A stretch of DNA of 64,000 nucleotides from Candidatus Caldarchaeum sp. (lineage in GTDB: Archaea; Thermoproteota; Nitrososphaeria_A; Caldarchaeales; Caldarchaeaceae): NCBI GenBank assembly GCA_038896555.1, contig JAWACZ010000004.1, positions 4,792 through 68,791 of the forward strand, given 5' to 3'. Below are positions 36,189-44,405 of the stretch, one piece after another. The stretch's first letter is position 1. Each line of letters opens with the position of its first letter. A program made the position numbers and the translations under genes. Below the pieces are notes generated by a model that ran no database searches, was not told where the DNA came from, and saw only the letters and a list, made by a program, of their open reading frames with translations.

Positions 36189-37304
36189 TCATCGGTCCTC
36201 GTCTAAAATACTTTTAAGAGTTTCTGCAAACCTGTTGTTTTCTCTCTTCGTTAACACCGTGACCCGTAGCGAGTTCTGCACCGTGTCCGAAAGGTTTCTG
36301 ACCACTATGCCTTTACTCATGAGTTTTTCATGAACCTGGCCCGCAGAAACACCGTTAAACCTGATTAGCAGGAAGTTTGCGTGAGACGGGTAGACCTTCA
36401 GCCGGCTGTCGGCTTCAAGAATCTGCTTGAGCCTTTCTCTTTCCTCCACGACTTTTCCAACCCATTTCCTTACTTCGTCCACATTTTTCAGCGCCTGCTG
36501 AGCCAGAACTGTTGAGAAGACGCCGACGCTGTTAGGAGGCCTAACCATGTTCAGCTGCTTGATTGTTTCCTGTGCAGCGATGGCGTAGCCAAGTCTAACG
36601 CCTGCCAGCGAAAATGCCTTTGACATCGTTCTAACGACGATAAGATTGGAATAACTTGAAACCAAGGGTGCAAACGTTTTGCCAGAGTACTCATAGTATG
36701 CTTCGTCAACGACCATTACTGAGTCGAGCTCCGTCAACAGCTTACGTAAGACGCTCTGTTCCACCAAGTTGCCCGTCGGGTTGTTAGGGCTACAGAGGAA
36801 AACAATGTGTGTGTTATCTTTGGCCGCTGTCAATATGCTGTCTACGTCGTCGCGGAAGTCGGCTTTTCTACCTACCTTGACCACTTTACCGCCCATTATT
36901 TCTGCGCATACACGGAAATATGAGTAGCTGGGATGGCTTATCAAAGCCTGTCCACCCCTTTCCATGTAGGTTTGAGAAACCATCATCAAGCATTCGTCCG
37001 CACCGTTTCCTACAGTAATCTCATCAACGTCCCTCCCAGCATACTCGGCTATAGCCGTCCGCAACTCACTATAGCTGGTGTCAGGGTAGTTGTTGACGGG
37101 GATTTTCTGAATCTTCCTCGACAACGTAGCCAGCCATCTTTTAGGCTGGAAAGGAGAGGTGTTAAGGTCCATCCTTATAACCGTCTCAGGCCTCAGACCA
37201 TACTTAACAGCGATCTCATGCGTTGGTGTTTCCCAAGAGTATGGAGTGAAGCTAACAAGCTCGCTTCTTACCTGCGGCATGAAAAACACTACTTTAGCAA
37301 ACAT
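36189..37304 (-). CDS. hisC: histidinol-phosphate aminotransferase-like class I/II PLP aminotransferase
   Basis: LNTSPF, NYPD, SPNNPTG and PLP-Lys (TMSKAFSLAGVRLGY) motifs. Confidence 0.8.
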   Translation of the reverse strand: MFAKVVFFMPQVRSELVSFTPYSWETPTHEIAVKYGLRPETVIRMDLNTSPFQPKRWLATLSRKIQKIPVNNYPDTSYSELRTAIAEYAGRDVDEITVGNGADECLMMVSQTYMERGGQALISHPSYSYFRVCAEIMGGKVVKVGRKADFRDDVDSILTAAKDNTHIVFLCSPNNPTGNLVEQSVLRKLLTELDSVMVVDEAYYEYSGKTFAPLVSSYSNLIVVRTMSKAFSLAGVRLGYAIAAQETIKQLNMVRPPNSVGVFSTVLAQQALKNVDEVRKWVGKVVEERERLKQILEADSRLKVYPSHANFLLIRFNGVSAGQVHEKLMSKGIVVRNLSDTVQNSLRVTVLTKRENNRFAETLKSILDEDR

Positions 37305-37337
37305 TTTTAATATTATGTCTGTTCCCGTCGGAAACCG

Positions 37338-37345
37338 TTTAAATA
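37338..37345 (+). promoter_or_regulatory. TATA-like box upstream of tRNA-Ile
   Basis: TTTAAATA lies about 31 bp upstream of the tRNA 5' end. Confidence 0.35.
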
Positions 37346-37375
37346 TGAACGGTAACTAATAAGAAAATAGACCTT

Positions 37376-37450
37376 GGGCCGGTAGCTCAGCATGGCTAGA
37401 GCGTTCGGCTGATAACCGAAAGGTCGGGAGTTCGAATCTCCCCCGGCCCA
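37376..37450 (+). tRNA. tRNA-Ile (anticodon GAU), no intron
   Basis: Acceptor GGGCCGG/CCGGCCC, anticodon stem-loop TTCGG-CTGATAA-CCGAA, T-arm GGGAG-TTCGAAT-CTCCC. Confidence 0.85.
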
Positions 37451-37565
37451 CACAGAATTCGTGGATATGTCTTTCGTATGACGGGGGTTTCCATAACTCC
37501 GTTAACGCTTATATTTTCCACGGGCAGTGTAACTGTCAGGCAATATCCTTTGGAGGTGGAGCCGA

Positions 37566-38048
37566 ATGCAGTATGACGAAAGGCTTGAAAAAGCCGAGAG
37601 CTTCGACGAAGTTTACAGACTGGTGAAACAGCTTGTCATGGAGAAGTTTGGTCTCAGGCGCGCGGGTATGGGACTGGTTCTCGCAGACTTGCCTAGCCAG
37701 CTGATGGCCTACCATGAGGTCGGATCGAACGCCATCGTAGTAAACAAAACTTTGCTCAACGCGGTGTCGGCTATAAGTAAGTCCAAGAAAACCGTCAACA
37801 GCTACATATTTGTGATACTTCTCCACGAATACCTGCATACGCTCGGCTTCGACGAAAGACAGACGCGTGAGCTTGTAAAGGAAGCGGTTTTGTCGGTTTT
37901 CCCGTTTGAACACACAGTCGTCCGTCTGGCAACTACATCTGTGTATGAAGTGTTTCCAGAGCTTAAAAACATCCAGCTGCCCGCCGGGTCTTCGAAGCCC
38001 GTCATCGTTAAGGATTTTGACACAGACGGCATCAACTACATAGGTTAG
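37566..38048 (+). CDS. hypothetical protein with HExxH (HEYLH) zinc-metallopeptidase-like motif
   Basis: Single HEYLH motif in a 160-aa soluble protein; otherwise unrecognised. Confidence 0.4.
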   Translation: MQYDERLEKAESFDEVYRLVKQLVMEKFGLRRAGMGLVLADLPSQLMAYHEVGSNAIVVNKTLLNAVSAISKSKKTVNSYIFVILLHEYLHTLGFDERQTRELVKEAVLSVFPFEHTVVRLATTSVYEVFPELKNIQLPAGSSKPVIVKDFDTDGINYIG

Positions 38049-38091
38049 ATGGAAAAAAATAAATAATATTAGGTAAAGTTTTCACACCACA

Positions 38092-39324
38092 TTGCGAAGC
38101 AGCCAAGAAATACTGAAAAAGCTTGAAAGGGTTGAGCGACAATACCTACTTCAGTACAACAGCTCAAAGAACTGGATCGCTGTATCATACTATTCTGGAT
38201 GGCGTCACGCTCTTGAATGGGTGAGCAAGAGAGGTGACCAAGTTATAGTTGACGAAGTTGTCGGAACAGGACGATGCAGCGGTTGCGCTGCATGCGTAGC
38301 CATTTGCCCCACAAATGTCTTTGACTATGTGGAAGACAAACCGGTCAACACACGGCTAAACCATTGTATAGACTGCGACCTATGCGTCGAATCATGTCCA
38401 GAACTCCATCTGTCGGACATGGATGTGGAAATAAAATCATTGGACAGTTATGCCACATTCGAGGATGATTTCGGAAGATATGGCTCGTTATTGTTAACTA
38501 GGAGCACTGATGAAAAAATTCTTAAAAAATCTCAGGACGGCGGTACAGTTTCATCGCTTCTTGTCCATTGTTTGGAGAGCGGAATCATAGACGCTGCCGT
38601 TGTCTCAACCACATCTCCCGAAAGACCTTTATACCCTGTCGCGAAGCTCGTTTTTAACTCGAAAGAGGTCTTAGAGTGTGCTGGCTCTAGGTACACTTAT
38701 GCACCTAACCTGCTCGCCTTAAGGGAAGCTTACGAGCGTGGTGTTGAGAAGATTGCTGTTGTGGGAGTGCCGTGTCAGATAGATGGTCTGAGGTATTTGC
38801 AGCACTCTACACCCGACCTTGAAGTCGCCAAATGGTATGAAAAACATGTTGTCCTAAGCATAGGGCTTTTTTGCTCAGAAGTTTTCACATACAACGGATT
38901 GATGAAGTATCTCGAGGAAGTTTGCATAAATCCAGAAGATGTTGAAAAAATCAACATCAAAGGAAAGGTAATAATATCCTTGAAGAACGGCGACGAGGTC
39001 GTAAAGCCTTTGAAACAGCTCCATAAATACGAAAGACCCGCGTGTCGTTTCTGCAAGGATTATTCCGCAGAGTTAGCCGACATATCATGCGGAGGACTAG
39101 CAACTAAGGGATGGACGATAACAGTCATCAGAACTAGGACAGGCCTTTCAATCGTAGAAAACGCTGTCAACGCCGGGATTTTAGAATCCAAAAAAATAGA
39201 ATTAAACTCTGAGCCGATGAATCTGTTGAGAAAATTGTGCAAGCAAAAGCGCAAAAGACAACCTCCACCATTGAAAACATTTTTCAACTTGGAAAATTTT
39301 TTATCCCAAGTAATGTTTAAATAA
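38092..39324 (+). CDS. FrhB/FdhB/FpoF-family protein (coenzyme F420 hydrogenase/dehydrogenase beta-subunit-like) with N-terminal 2x[4Fe-4S] ferredoxin domain
   Basis: Two CxxCxxCxxxCP ferredoxin motifs followed by the FrhB-like flavin-binding N- and C-domains. Confidence 0.65.
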   Translation: MRSSQEILKKLERVERQYLLQYNSSKNWIAVSYYSGWRHALEWVSKRGDQVIVDEVVGTGRCSGCAACVAICPTNVFDYVEDKPVNTRLNHCIDCDLCVESCPELHLSDMDVEIKSLDSYATFEDDFGRYGSLLLTRSTDEKILKKSQDGGTVSSLLVHCLESGIIDAAVVSTTSPERPLYPVAKLVFNSKEVLECAGSRYTYAPNLLALREAYERGVEKIAVVGVPCQIDGLRYLQHSTPDLEVAKWYEKHVVLSIGLFCSEVFTYNGLMKYLEEVCINPEDVEKINIKGKVIISLKNGDEVVKPLKQLHKYERPACRFCKDYSAELADISCGGLATKGWTITVIRTRTGLSIVENAVNAGILESKKIELNSEPMNLLRKLCKQKRKRQPPPLKTFFNLENFLSQVMFK

Positions 39325-39344
39325 CCTTAACACATATAGAGTTT

Positions 39345-39545
39345 ATGCCGAGAAAGAAGTTGTCCCAAAAGATTTTGGAAGCGATTGAGCTTTCTGAACA
39401 GCTGAACAGGTTGTTGAACACGTTATCGCCTGAAATACGGGAAATTGTTCTCAGATATATGCAACGAAGGCCTGCTCGAAGGAGGAGAAGAGTAAAAGTT
39501 ATGGGCAGGAGGAGAAGGAGAGCAAAGGAAGTTATGGGCCAGTAA
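39345..39545 (+). CDS. small Arg-rich basic protein (66 aa) with internal tandem repeat
   Basis: N-terminal helix then RRPARRRRRVKVMGRRRRRAKEVMGQ. The DNA carries a GTTATGGGC repeat. Confidence 0.35.
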   Translation: MPRKKLSQKILEAIELSEQLNRLLNTLSPEIREIVLRYMQRRPARRRRRVKVMGRRRRRAKEVMGQ

Positions 39546-39550
39546 ACCTT

Positions 39551-39859
39551 TCACTCTTTTTTAAGCTCTTCGTTGAGCTCTTTCTCTATCTCTTCCAGCG
39601 GTTTAGGCGGTGGTGTAGTCGCCAGAGTGTAGCCTATCCACCCCACTATCCCCAGTATCCCAGCGACAGCCACAAAACCTGTTAGCTTCAACACTATCAG
39701 GTCGAGACCAGCTATTGGCGGTAGGAAAACAGCCCATCCATAAAGTAGTATGCCTACTATGCTTGCGAGAAGAAGCAAACCTCCTACGGTTTGGTCTTTT
39801 GCCATGGGTTTAAACCTCATTATACTGAATATAAACTTAACTTTTGGAATAATCTGCAT
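39551..39859 (-). CDS. small membrane protein (2 TM) with acidic C-terminal tail
   Basis: Two hydrophobic helices followed by EEIEKELNEELKKE. Confidence 0.4.
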   Translation of the reverse strand: MQIIPKVKFIFSIMRFKPMAKDQTVGGLLLLASIVGILLYGWAVFLPPIAGLDLIVLKLTGFVAVAGILGIVGWIGYTLATTPPPKPLEEIEKELNEELKKE

Positions 39860-39867
39860 CTAAAGGG

Positions 39868-40332
39868 TTGGATAGAAAGTCAGCTGTTGTTGTGAGGATA
39901 AAGCATGGAGATAACGAGGTGGAGTTTGAGGGCGGAGTGGATGATGTTTGGACAGCCGTCAACAAATACTTCTCACAAACCCTTGGTCCAATCCAAATAA
40001 TCTCAAGGCTTATGGGCGAGGCTGACCTGACCGAGCTCGCGCATGGACTAGCAGACAAGGTAGTGATAACGAAGGAGGGTATAGACGTTGTCCAACAGGG
40101 CGATGCGAAGAAACGTATAGTCCTCTGTCTTGCCGCTGCGTACGCTGGCAAAAGGCTTGGCATCTTTGTGGAGGAAGCTCTGACTCCGAAGAAAGTGGCT
40201 GGATACATTCGCATGGATGAAAGAGTCGTCAGGGCAAGGTTGAGCGAGCTGTGGAAAGAGGGGCTTGTAGACAGGGATGCTGAAGGACGTTATATATTTA
40301 AACCATCCATGGCTATGAAGATGCTAAAGTGA
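39868..40332 (+). CDS. paralog 1 of a beta-hairpin + winged-helix small protein family
   Basis: N-terminal VVVRIKHGDNEVEFEGGVDDV and C-terminal wHTH-like LSELWKEGLVDRDAEGRYIF. Shares architecture with the two genes that follow. Confidence 0.5.
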   Translation: MDRKSAVVVRIKHGDNEVEFEGGVDDVWTAVNKYFSQTLGPIQIISRLMGEADLTELAHGLADKVVITKEGIDVVQQGDAKKRIVLCLAAAYAGKRLGIFVEEALTPKKVAGYIRMDERVVRARLSELWKEGLVDRDAEGRYIFKPSMAMKMLK

Positions 40333-40338
40333 TGGGCT

Positions 40339-40821
40339 GTGACTTCGCTTAAAGTTACTATTGCCTACGGCGAGCTCAAGGCAGAGTTTGAAGGGGCGCC
40401 GGAGGAAGTCTATCTTAACGTTGTTAGGTTTCTCGAGAAGTCGATACCTGCATACTCGCTTGCGTCTAGGCTTCAGAAGTCGGTGGGTGTGGAGGAGCTG
40501 CTTGAAAAACTGCGGGACAAGCTAGTCTACGTACAAGGTGAGGGAGTAGTCGTCAAAACGCCCCTGTCCAATCTGCCAACGTCAAACGCCATTCTCCTCT
40601 ACGCCGGCGCACGCTACCTCAGCCATCTCCTCGGGCTTGTTGAGAAGGCAGAATGCACGTCTTCAGAGTTTGCGTACGTAATGGCGAAGCCCGAAAAGAC
40701 AATATCGGGCAGGCTGACCGAGCTGGTTCAAAAAAACTTTTTGAAAAGGGTTGGGAGAGGCGGTTACGTAATCACTGTCTTGGGCCTAAGCTATCTAGCG
40801 GAGTCGTCGGGCTCTGTTTGA
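40339..40821 (+). CDS. paralog 2 of the beta-hairpin + winged-helix small protein family
   Basis: N-terminal LKVTIAYGELKAEFEGAPEEV and C-terminal LTELVQKNFLKRVGRGGYVIT. Confidence 0.5.
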   Translation: MTSLKVTIAYGELKAEFEGAPEEVYLNVVRFLEKSIPAYSLASRLQKSVGVEELLEKLRDKLVYVQGEGVVVKTPLSNLPTSNAILLYAGARYLSHLLGLVEKAECTSSEFAYVMAKPEKTISGRLTELVQKNFLKRVGRGGYVITVLGLSYLAESSGSV

Positions 40822-41204
40822 GTTTTCTCCAAGACCGTCTTGGAGGCCTCGGTGTACACGTATCTTCTTGTCTCACCCACCCTTTCGAGAACTCCAGACC
40901 TTACAAGGTCCAGCAGGACGTGGGCGACGGCTGTCGTATCGTAAAAGAAGCCCCGCCTTTCCAGCTCTGCCACCACCTCGGAGAGCGTTCGCCCTGTTTT
41001 CATCCATCCTGCCTTCATCAGTTCCTCCACAGCTTTCCTGCAGGTTATCGTTTTTCTCTGCTGGGCTGGCTTTGGCTGCTGCGCTTGGTCGGATGCCTTC
41101 AACGCATTCAGCACGTTCTTGACGGCTTCCTCTAATCTTTCCACAGGTGCTTCTACTTCTACGGTTGTGTTACCCATGGTTATCTTTATTTTTGCTTGAC
41201 TCAA
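40791..41204 (-). CDS. paralog 3 of the beta-hairpin + winged-helix small protein family (divergent from nurA-herA)
   Basis: N-terminal KIKITMGNTTVEVEAPVERLEE and C-terminal LLDLVRSGVLERVGETRRYVYT. Its 3' end overlaps paralog 2 convergently. Confidence 0.5.
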   Translation of the reverse strand: MSQAKIKITMGNTTVEVEAPVERLEEAVKNVLNALKASDQAQQPKPAQQRKTITCRKAVEELMKAGWMKTGRTLSEVVAELERRGFFYDTTAVAHVLLDLVRSGVLERVGETRRYVYTEASKTVLEKTQTEPDDSAR

Positions 41205-41224
41205 CTTGTTGCACCATTTTGGTC

Positions 41225-41246
41225 ATGTTGCGCAACATTTATATTT
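41225..41246. promoter_or_regulatory. 14-bp perfect palindrome ATGTTGCGCAACAT abutting a TATA-like box (TTTATATTT) in the paralog-3/nurA divergent intergenic region
   Basis: Palindrome at 41225-41238 and TATA at 41238-41246, about 40 bp upstream of the nurA ATG at 41285. An additional TGTTGC half-site lies at 41210-41215. Confidence 0.35.
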
Positions 41247-41284
41247 AACCAAATGAAGACGTTTTGTAGGAATTGGTGTTCAAG

Positions 41285-42307
41285 ATGACCAACCAACTCC
41301 TTCACCAATTACCCCCATATGATGAGCTGACAAACCTGCTAAAAACGTTTTCCTCAGTCACTCTAGACACGGTCACAGTCCTACGCAACATCGAGGCATA
41401 TCATCCCACGCCTGAAAACGACGAACCAAATGACATGCTGTTAGACAACATCTTAGCGGATGGCCTTGAGACAATCATTTTAACCCCCGCCGAAAAGAGC
41501 CTGCCCGTCGTCGCCTGCGACATGTCGACGGTCAAGATAGCCGACACCTCTCGTGGAAGCGTATGGGCTGTGAGGGGAAGCATTGTGATAAGGGAAAAAG
41601 GATTGGTCAAAGCAGCTGTCGTCGGCCCCTTCGCCTACACAGTATCAAAAACCACGGTGGAGAAAATAATCGATGTTTTGTTCATGTATTTGGGACTCGA
41701 GAGGAAGCAGAGGTTCTTAGAGATGTCGGCCGTTCCGAAAGTTATTAGCAATCTCTTTGAGAAAGTGTTGCAGGTTTACGCCACTACATGGCTTAAGGGA
41801 GGAGTTCTCCTGCTCGACGGCGCACTCACCTCAGGGCCTTTGGACAGCCCACCGGCAGCTGTTGAGAAAATAGTTGAGTCCGCAAAAACTTCCGGGATCG
41901 GTGTTGCGGCTTTCTCGAAGTCTACAACGCTCATGTTTCTCGGACGGAGGATAACCTATTTCGCAGGCAAATGCAGACCACCATATGTCATGAGGCTTCC
42001 TTTGTCCAGCTCCCGACCATGGGGCGTAAACGGCTCCGTTTACGTCTCGCATCTGTCATCCTCTCTTTTCCCCTTCCGTGTTGACGTGGCGTCCAAAACA
42101 AGCGATGAAGATGTCTTCCGGCATATCCTCTCCAGCGAAAACATAATCCACGGCTATCCCGAATCACTTATCATAGCCCACCAGCTTGCGAAACTCAGGT
42201 GGATAGACGTGCTAGGTATCCGCGCAAGCCTAGAGTCTCTTGTTAAGCTAAAATTTTCTTCAAGCGTTGACGTCAGGTCAACAATCTTTGCCCCGTTAGA
42301 GGGATGA
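41285..42307 (+). CDS. nurA: NurA-family 5'-3' nuclease
   Basis: NurA-like conserved acidic positions (VVACDMS, VLLLDGAL) and C-terminal YPESLIIAHQLA motif. Immediately upstream of herA. Start set to the first ATG. Confidence 0.55.
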   Translation: MTNQLLHQLPPYDELTNLLKTFSSVTLDTVTVLRNIEAYHPTPENDEPNDMLLDNILADGLETIILTPAEKSLPVVACDMSTVKIADTSRGSVWAVRGSIVIREKGLVKAAVVGPFAYTVSKTTVEKIIDVLFMYLGLERKQRFLEMSAVPKVISNLFEKVLQVYATTWLKGGVLLLDGALTSGPLDSPPAAVEKIVESAKTSGIGVAAFSKSTTLMFLGRRITYFAGKCRPPYVMRLPLSSSRPWGVNGSVYVSHLSSSLFPFRVDVASKTSDEDVFRHILSSENIIHGYPESLIIAHQLAKLRWIDVLGIRASLESLVKLKFSSSVDVRSTIFAPLEG

Positions 42308-42313
42308 TGCGCT

Positions 42314-43807
42314 ATGAGAATCCTTCAGAAGAAAGGCGACAGTTTGGAAATACTCTGCGTTCCAACCGAGCTGGATTTCGAGATAGGAGATTATCTTAAG
42401 GTCAGCCAAGACGACCGCTTATTGCTTCTGCAGGTTATCGACGTCTCGTATCCGGATCTTCCAGGAACATTGGAGGAGCTTCTCCGCGACCTTGTCATGC
42501 AAGAGGTTGATGGAGCAAACGTTCTCGACCTCTACAACACAGCCTCGATAGCTATGCTGATGAAGGAGGTGAGGCTCGTCACCGCAAAAATAAGAGCGCT
42601 ACTCAGTAAAGAATCGTTGAAGCCAAACTCTCCATGGCTTCCAAGCCGCTTTTCAGCTACATTCGAGAAAGCCTCGACAGATTTTCTCCAAAGCATTACT
42701 TCAAACGAAGACCAAGGGCTTAAAGTTGAGATAGGCATGGTAAGCGGCCAACCATACTCCATCTCCTTAACCAGCCTAGACGGCTGTCTAACCATAATCA
42801 CTGGGAAGAAAGAGAGCGGAAAATCACACCTCGCTAAGATTCTTGTTGAAGGCATCGCCGCCAACGGCGGAACCGTACTCGTGCTTGATGTGAATGGTGA
42901 GTACTTGAGCTTAGATAGAACAGTTGACGGCAACCCCAGCCATCTTACTTCATCTATCCAAGTTTTGCAGCCTGGCGTGAACTTTAAGGCATCTTTGCAG
43001 GCTATGGGGTTGAAGACCTTTCTAGACGTTTTAGAGCATGTTTACGGAACGCCTTCTACGAGCTTGAGAGAGCTTGCAAGATTATGGCGAAGAGTGGAAA
43101 AAAGAGGGGTAACCATTACTGTAGATACGTTGATGGATGCCGTTGAACGAGAGCAGATTAACGAGGCTGTTAGAGACGCTCTCTTATCCAGGCTTCAAAG
43201 CATCAAGTCGTCGGGATTCATAGACGAGGATTGTTCGACGGACTTGGAAGAGGTTTTATCGACTAAGCCATGCGGAAACGTTACCGTGGTCAACCTTTCA
43301 AACCTGTTACCAAGCGTTAGAAGGCTTGTCGTGGAATACCTGCTCAGCCATCTATCAACGCTCCTGAGTCAAAACGGGCTGGAGCCCTTATTTCTGCTGG
43401 CTGAAGAAGCCCATCTCTATCTCCGTGAAACCTACTGGGAGGACATAGTCACCAGAATGAGACACATCGGCCTCTTCCCAATTTTCGTCACCAACCAGCC
43501 AGACTCAATACCTGAGCTCGTTTACAGACAGTCAGACAACATTTTCCTCTTCAACTTTACCAACGATGGAGACCTTGAGAAAATAGCGAGGGTTTCAAAA
43601 ATAGACGCCGAAACGGTTAAAACTCTTGTCAAAAAAATGCCTGCATGCCATTGTCTCTTGATGGGGAAGATGGTATCAGACATACCTTTGATGGTTAAGG
43701 TCAGGGCCAGCACCCTTCAAACGATGGGAGTGACAAAACGATTTTTTAGAAACCGGCTGTCGAAATACCATAGGCTTGAAACCGAGCCAGCTTACCAAAG
43801 AATATGA
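42314..43807 (+). CDS. herA: HerA-family hexameric ATPase/helicase (HAS-barrel + RecA-like domain)
   Basis: N-terminal HAS-barrel-like segment, Walker A GKKESGKS, HerA-type VLDVNGEY motif, Walker B LFLLAEEAH. Confidence 0.8.
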   Translation: MRILQKKGDSLEILCVPTELDFEIGDYLKVSQDDRLLLLQVIDVSYPDLPGTLEELLRDLVMQEVDGANVLDLYNTASIAMLMKEVRLVTAKIRALLSKESLKPNSPWLPSRFSATFEKASTDFLQSITSNEDQGLKVEIGMVSGQPYSISLTSLDGCLTIITGKKESGKSHLAKILVEGIAANGGTVLVLDVNGEYLSLDRTVDGNPSHLTSSIQVLQPGVNFKASLQAMGLKTFLDVLEHVYGTPSTSLRELARLWRRVEKRGVTITVDTLMDAVEREQINEAVRDALLSRLQSIKSSGFIDEDCSTDLEEVLSTKPCGNVTVVNLSNLLPSVRRLVVEYLLSHLSTLLSQNGLEPLFLLAEEAHLYLRETYWEDIVTRMRHIGLFPIFVTNQPDSIPELVYRQSDNIFLFNFTNDGDLEKIARVSKIDAETVKTLVKKMPACHCLLMGKMVSDIPLMVKVRASTLQTMGVTKRFFRNRLSKYHRLETEPAYQRI

Positions 43808-44405
43808 AAAATTTAAACAGTCTATTTCAAACGCTCTGCAAAGCTTTAGAGAAACCCGTAAAAATCCTCAAACAGTTTTGGAGGAGCTGGTATTCTGTTT
43901 ATGCACACCCCAGACTAAAGCACGAAATGCTTTAAAAGCCGTAGAAGAAATAAAGAACCAAGGTCTTCTGACAAAACCAGACCTGCCAAGAATATCCGAA
44001 ATCTTACGAAGGTCTGGAGTGCGTTTCCATAGAAAAAAGGCGGAAAATATAATGTCTGTTTTTAAAATTTTTCCGGCAATAATCGATAAAATAAACGAAA
44101 ACCATAATCAAAAGCTGGACATGTTAAGGGATTTTCTCGTAGAAAACGTCAAAGGACTTGGGATGAAAGAAGCAAGCCACTTCCTGAGAAACATAGGCTA
44201 CGAAAACGTGGCAATTATCGACAGACATATTTTGAAATTCCTACAGACCCAGCGAATTGTCAAAAAGAAGGTCAGAAACATAACCAAAAAACAGTATCTT
44301 CAGCTGGAGAAAAAATTTATCGAACAGGCGGGAAAATATGGATTAAGCCCAGCTGAGCTGGACCTTCTGGTGTGGGCTGTCTACACCGGCGAGGTCTTAA
44401 AATGA
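43776..44405 (+). CDS. ogg: archaeal 8-oxoguanine DNA glycosylase / N-glycosylase-DNA lyase (Ogg2 family, HhH)
   Basis: GLGMKEASHFLRNIG...IIDRHILKFL helix-hairpin-helix/catalytic Lys-Asp region typical of archaeal Ogg. Confidence 0.7.
   Translation: MKPSQLTKEYEKFKQSISNALQSFRETRKNPQTVLEELVFCLCTPQTKARNALKAVEEIKNQGLLTKPDLPRISEILRRSGVRFHRKKAENIMSVFKIFPAIIDKINENHNQKLDMLRDFLVENVKGLGMKEASHFLRNIGYENVAIIDRHILKFLQTQRIVKKKVRNITKKQYLQLEKKFIEQAGKYGLSPAELDLLVWAVYTGEVLK

Noticed and set aside
40653-41135. 160-aa plus-strand ORF antisense to wHTH paralog 3
   Set aside because: The minus-strand reading is supported by paralogy with the two upstream genes (same hairpin + wHTH pattern). The plus-strand product is Arg/Leu/Cys-rich and resembles no protein.
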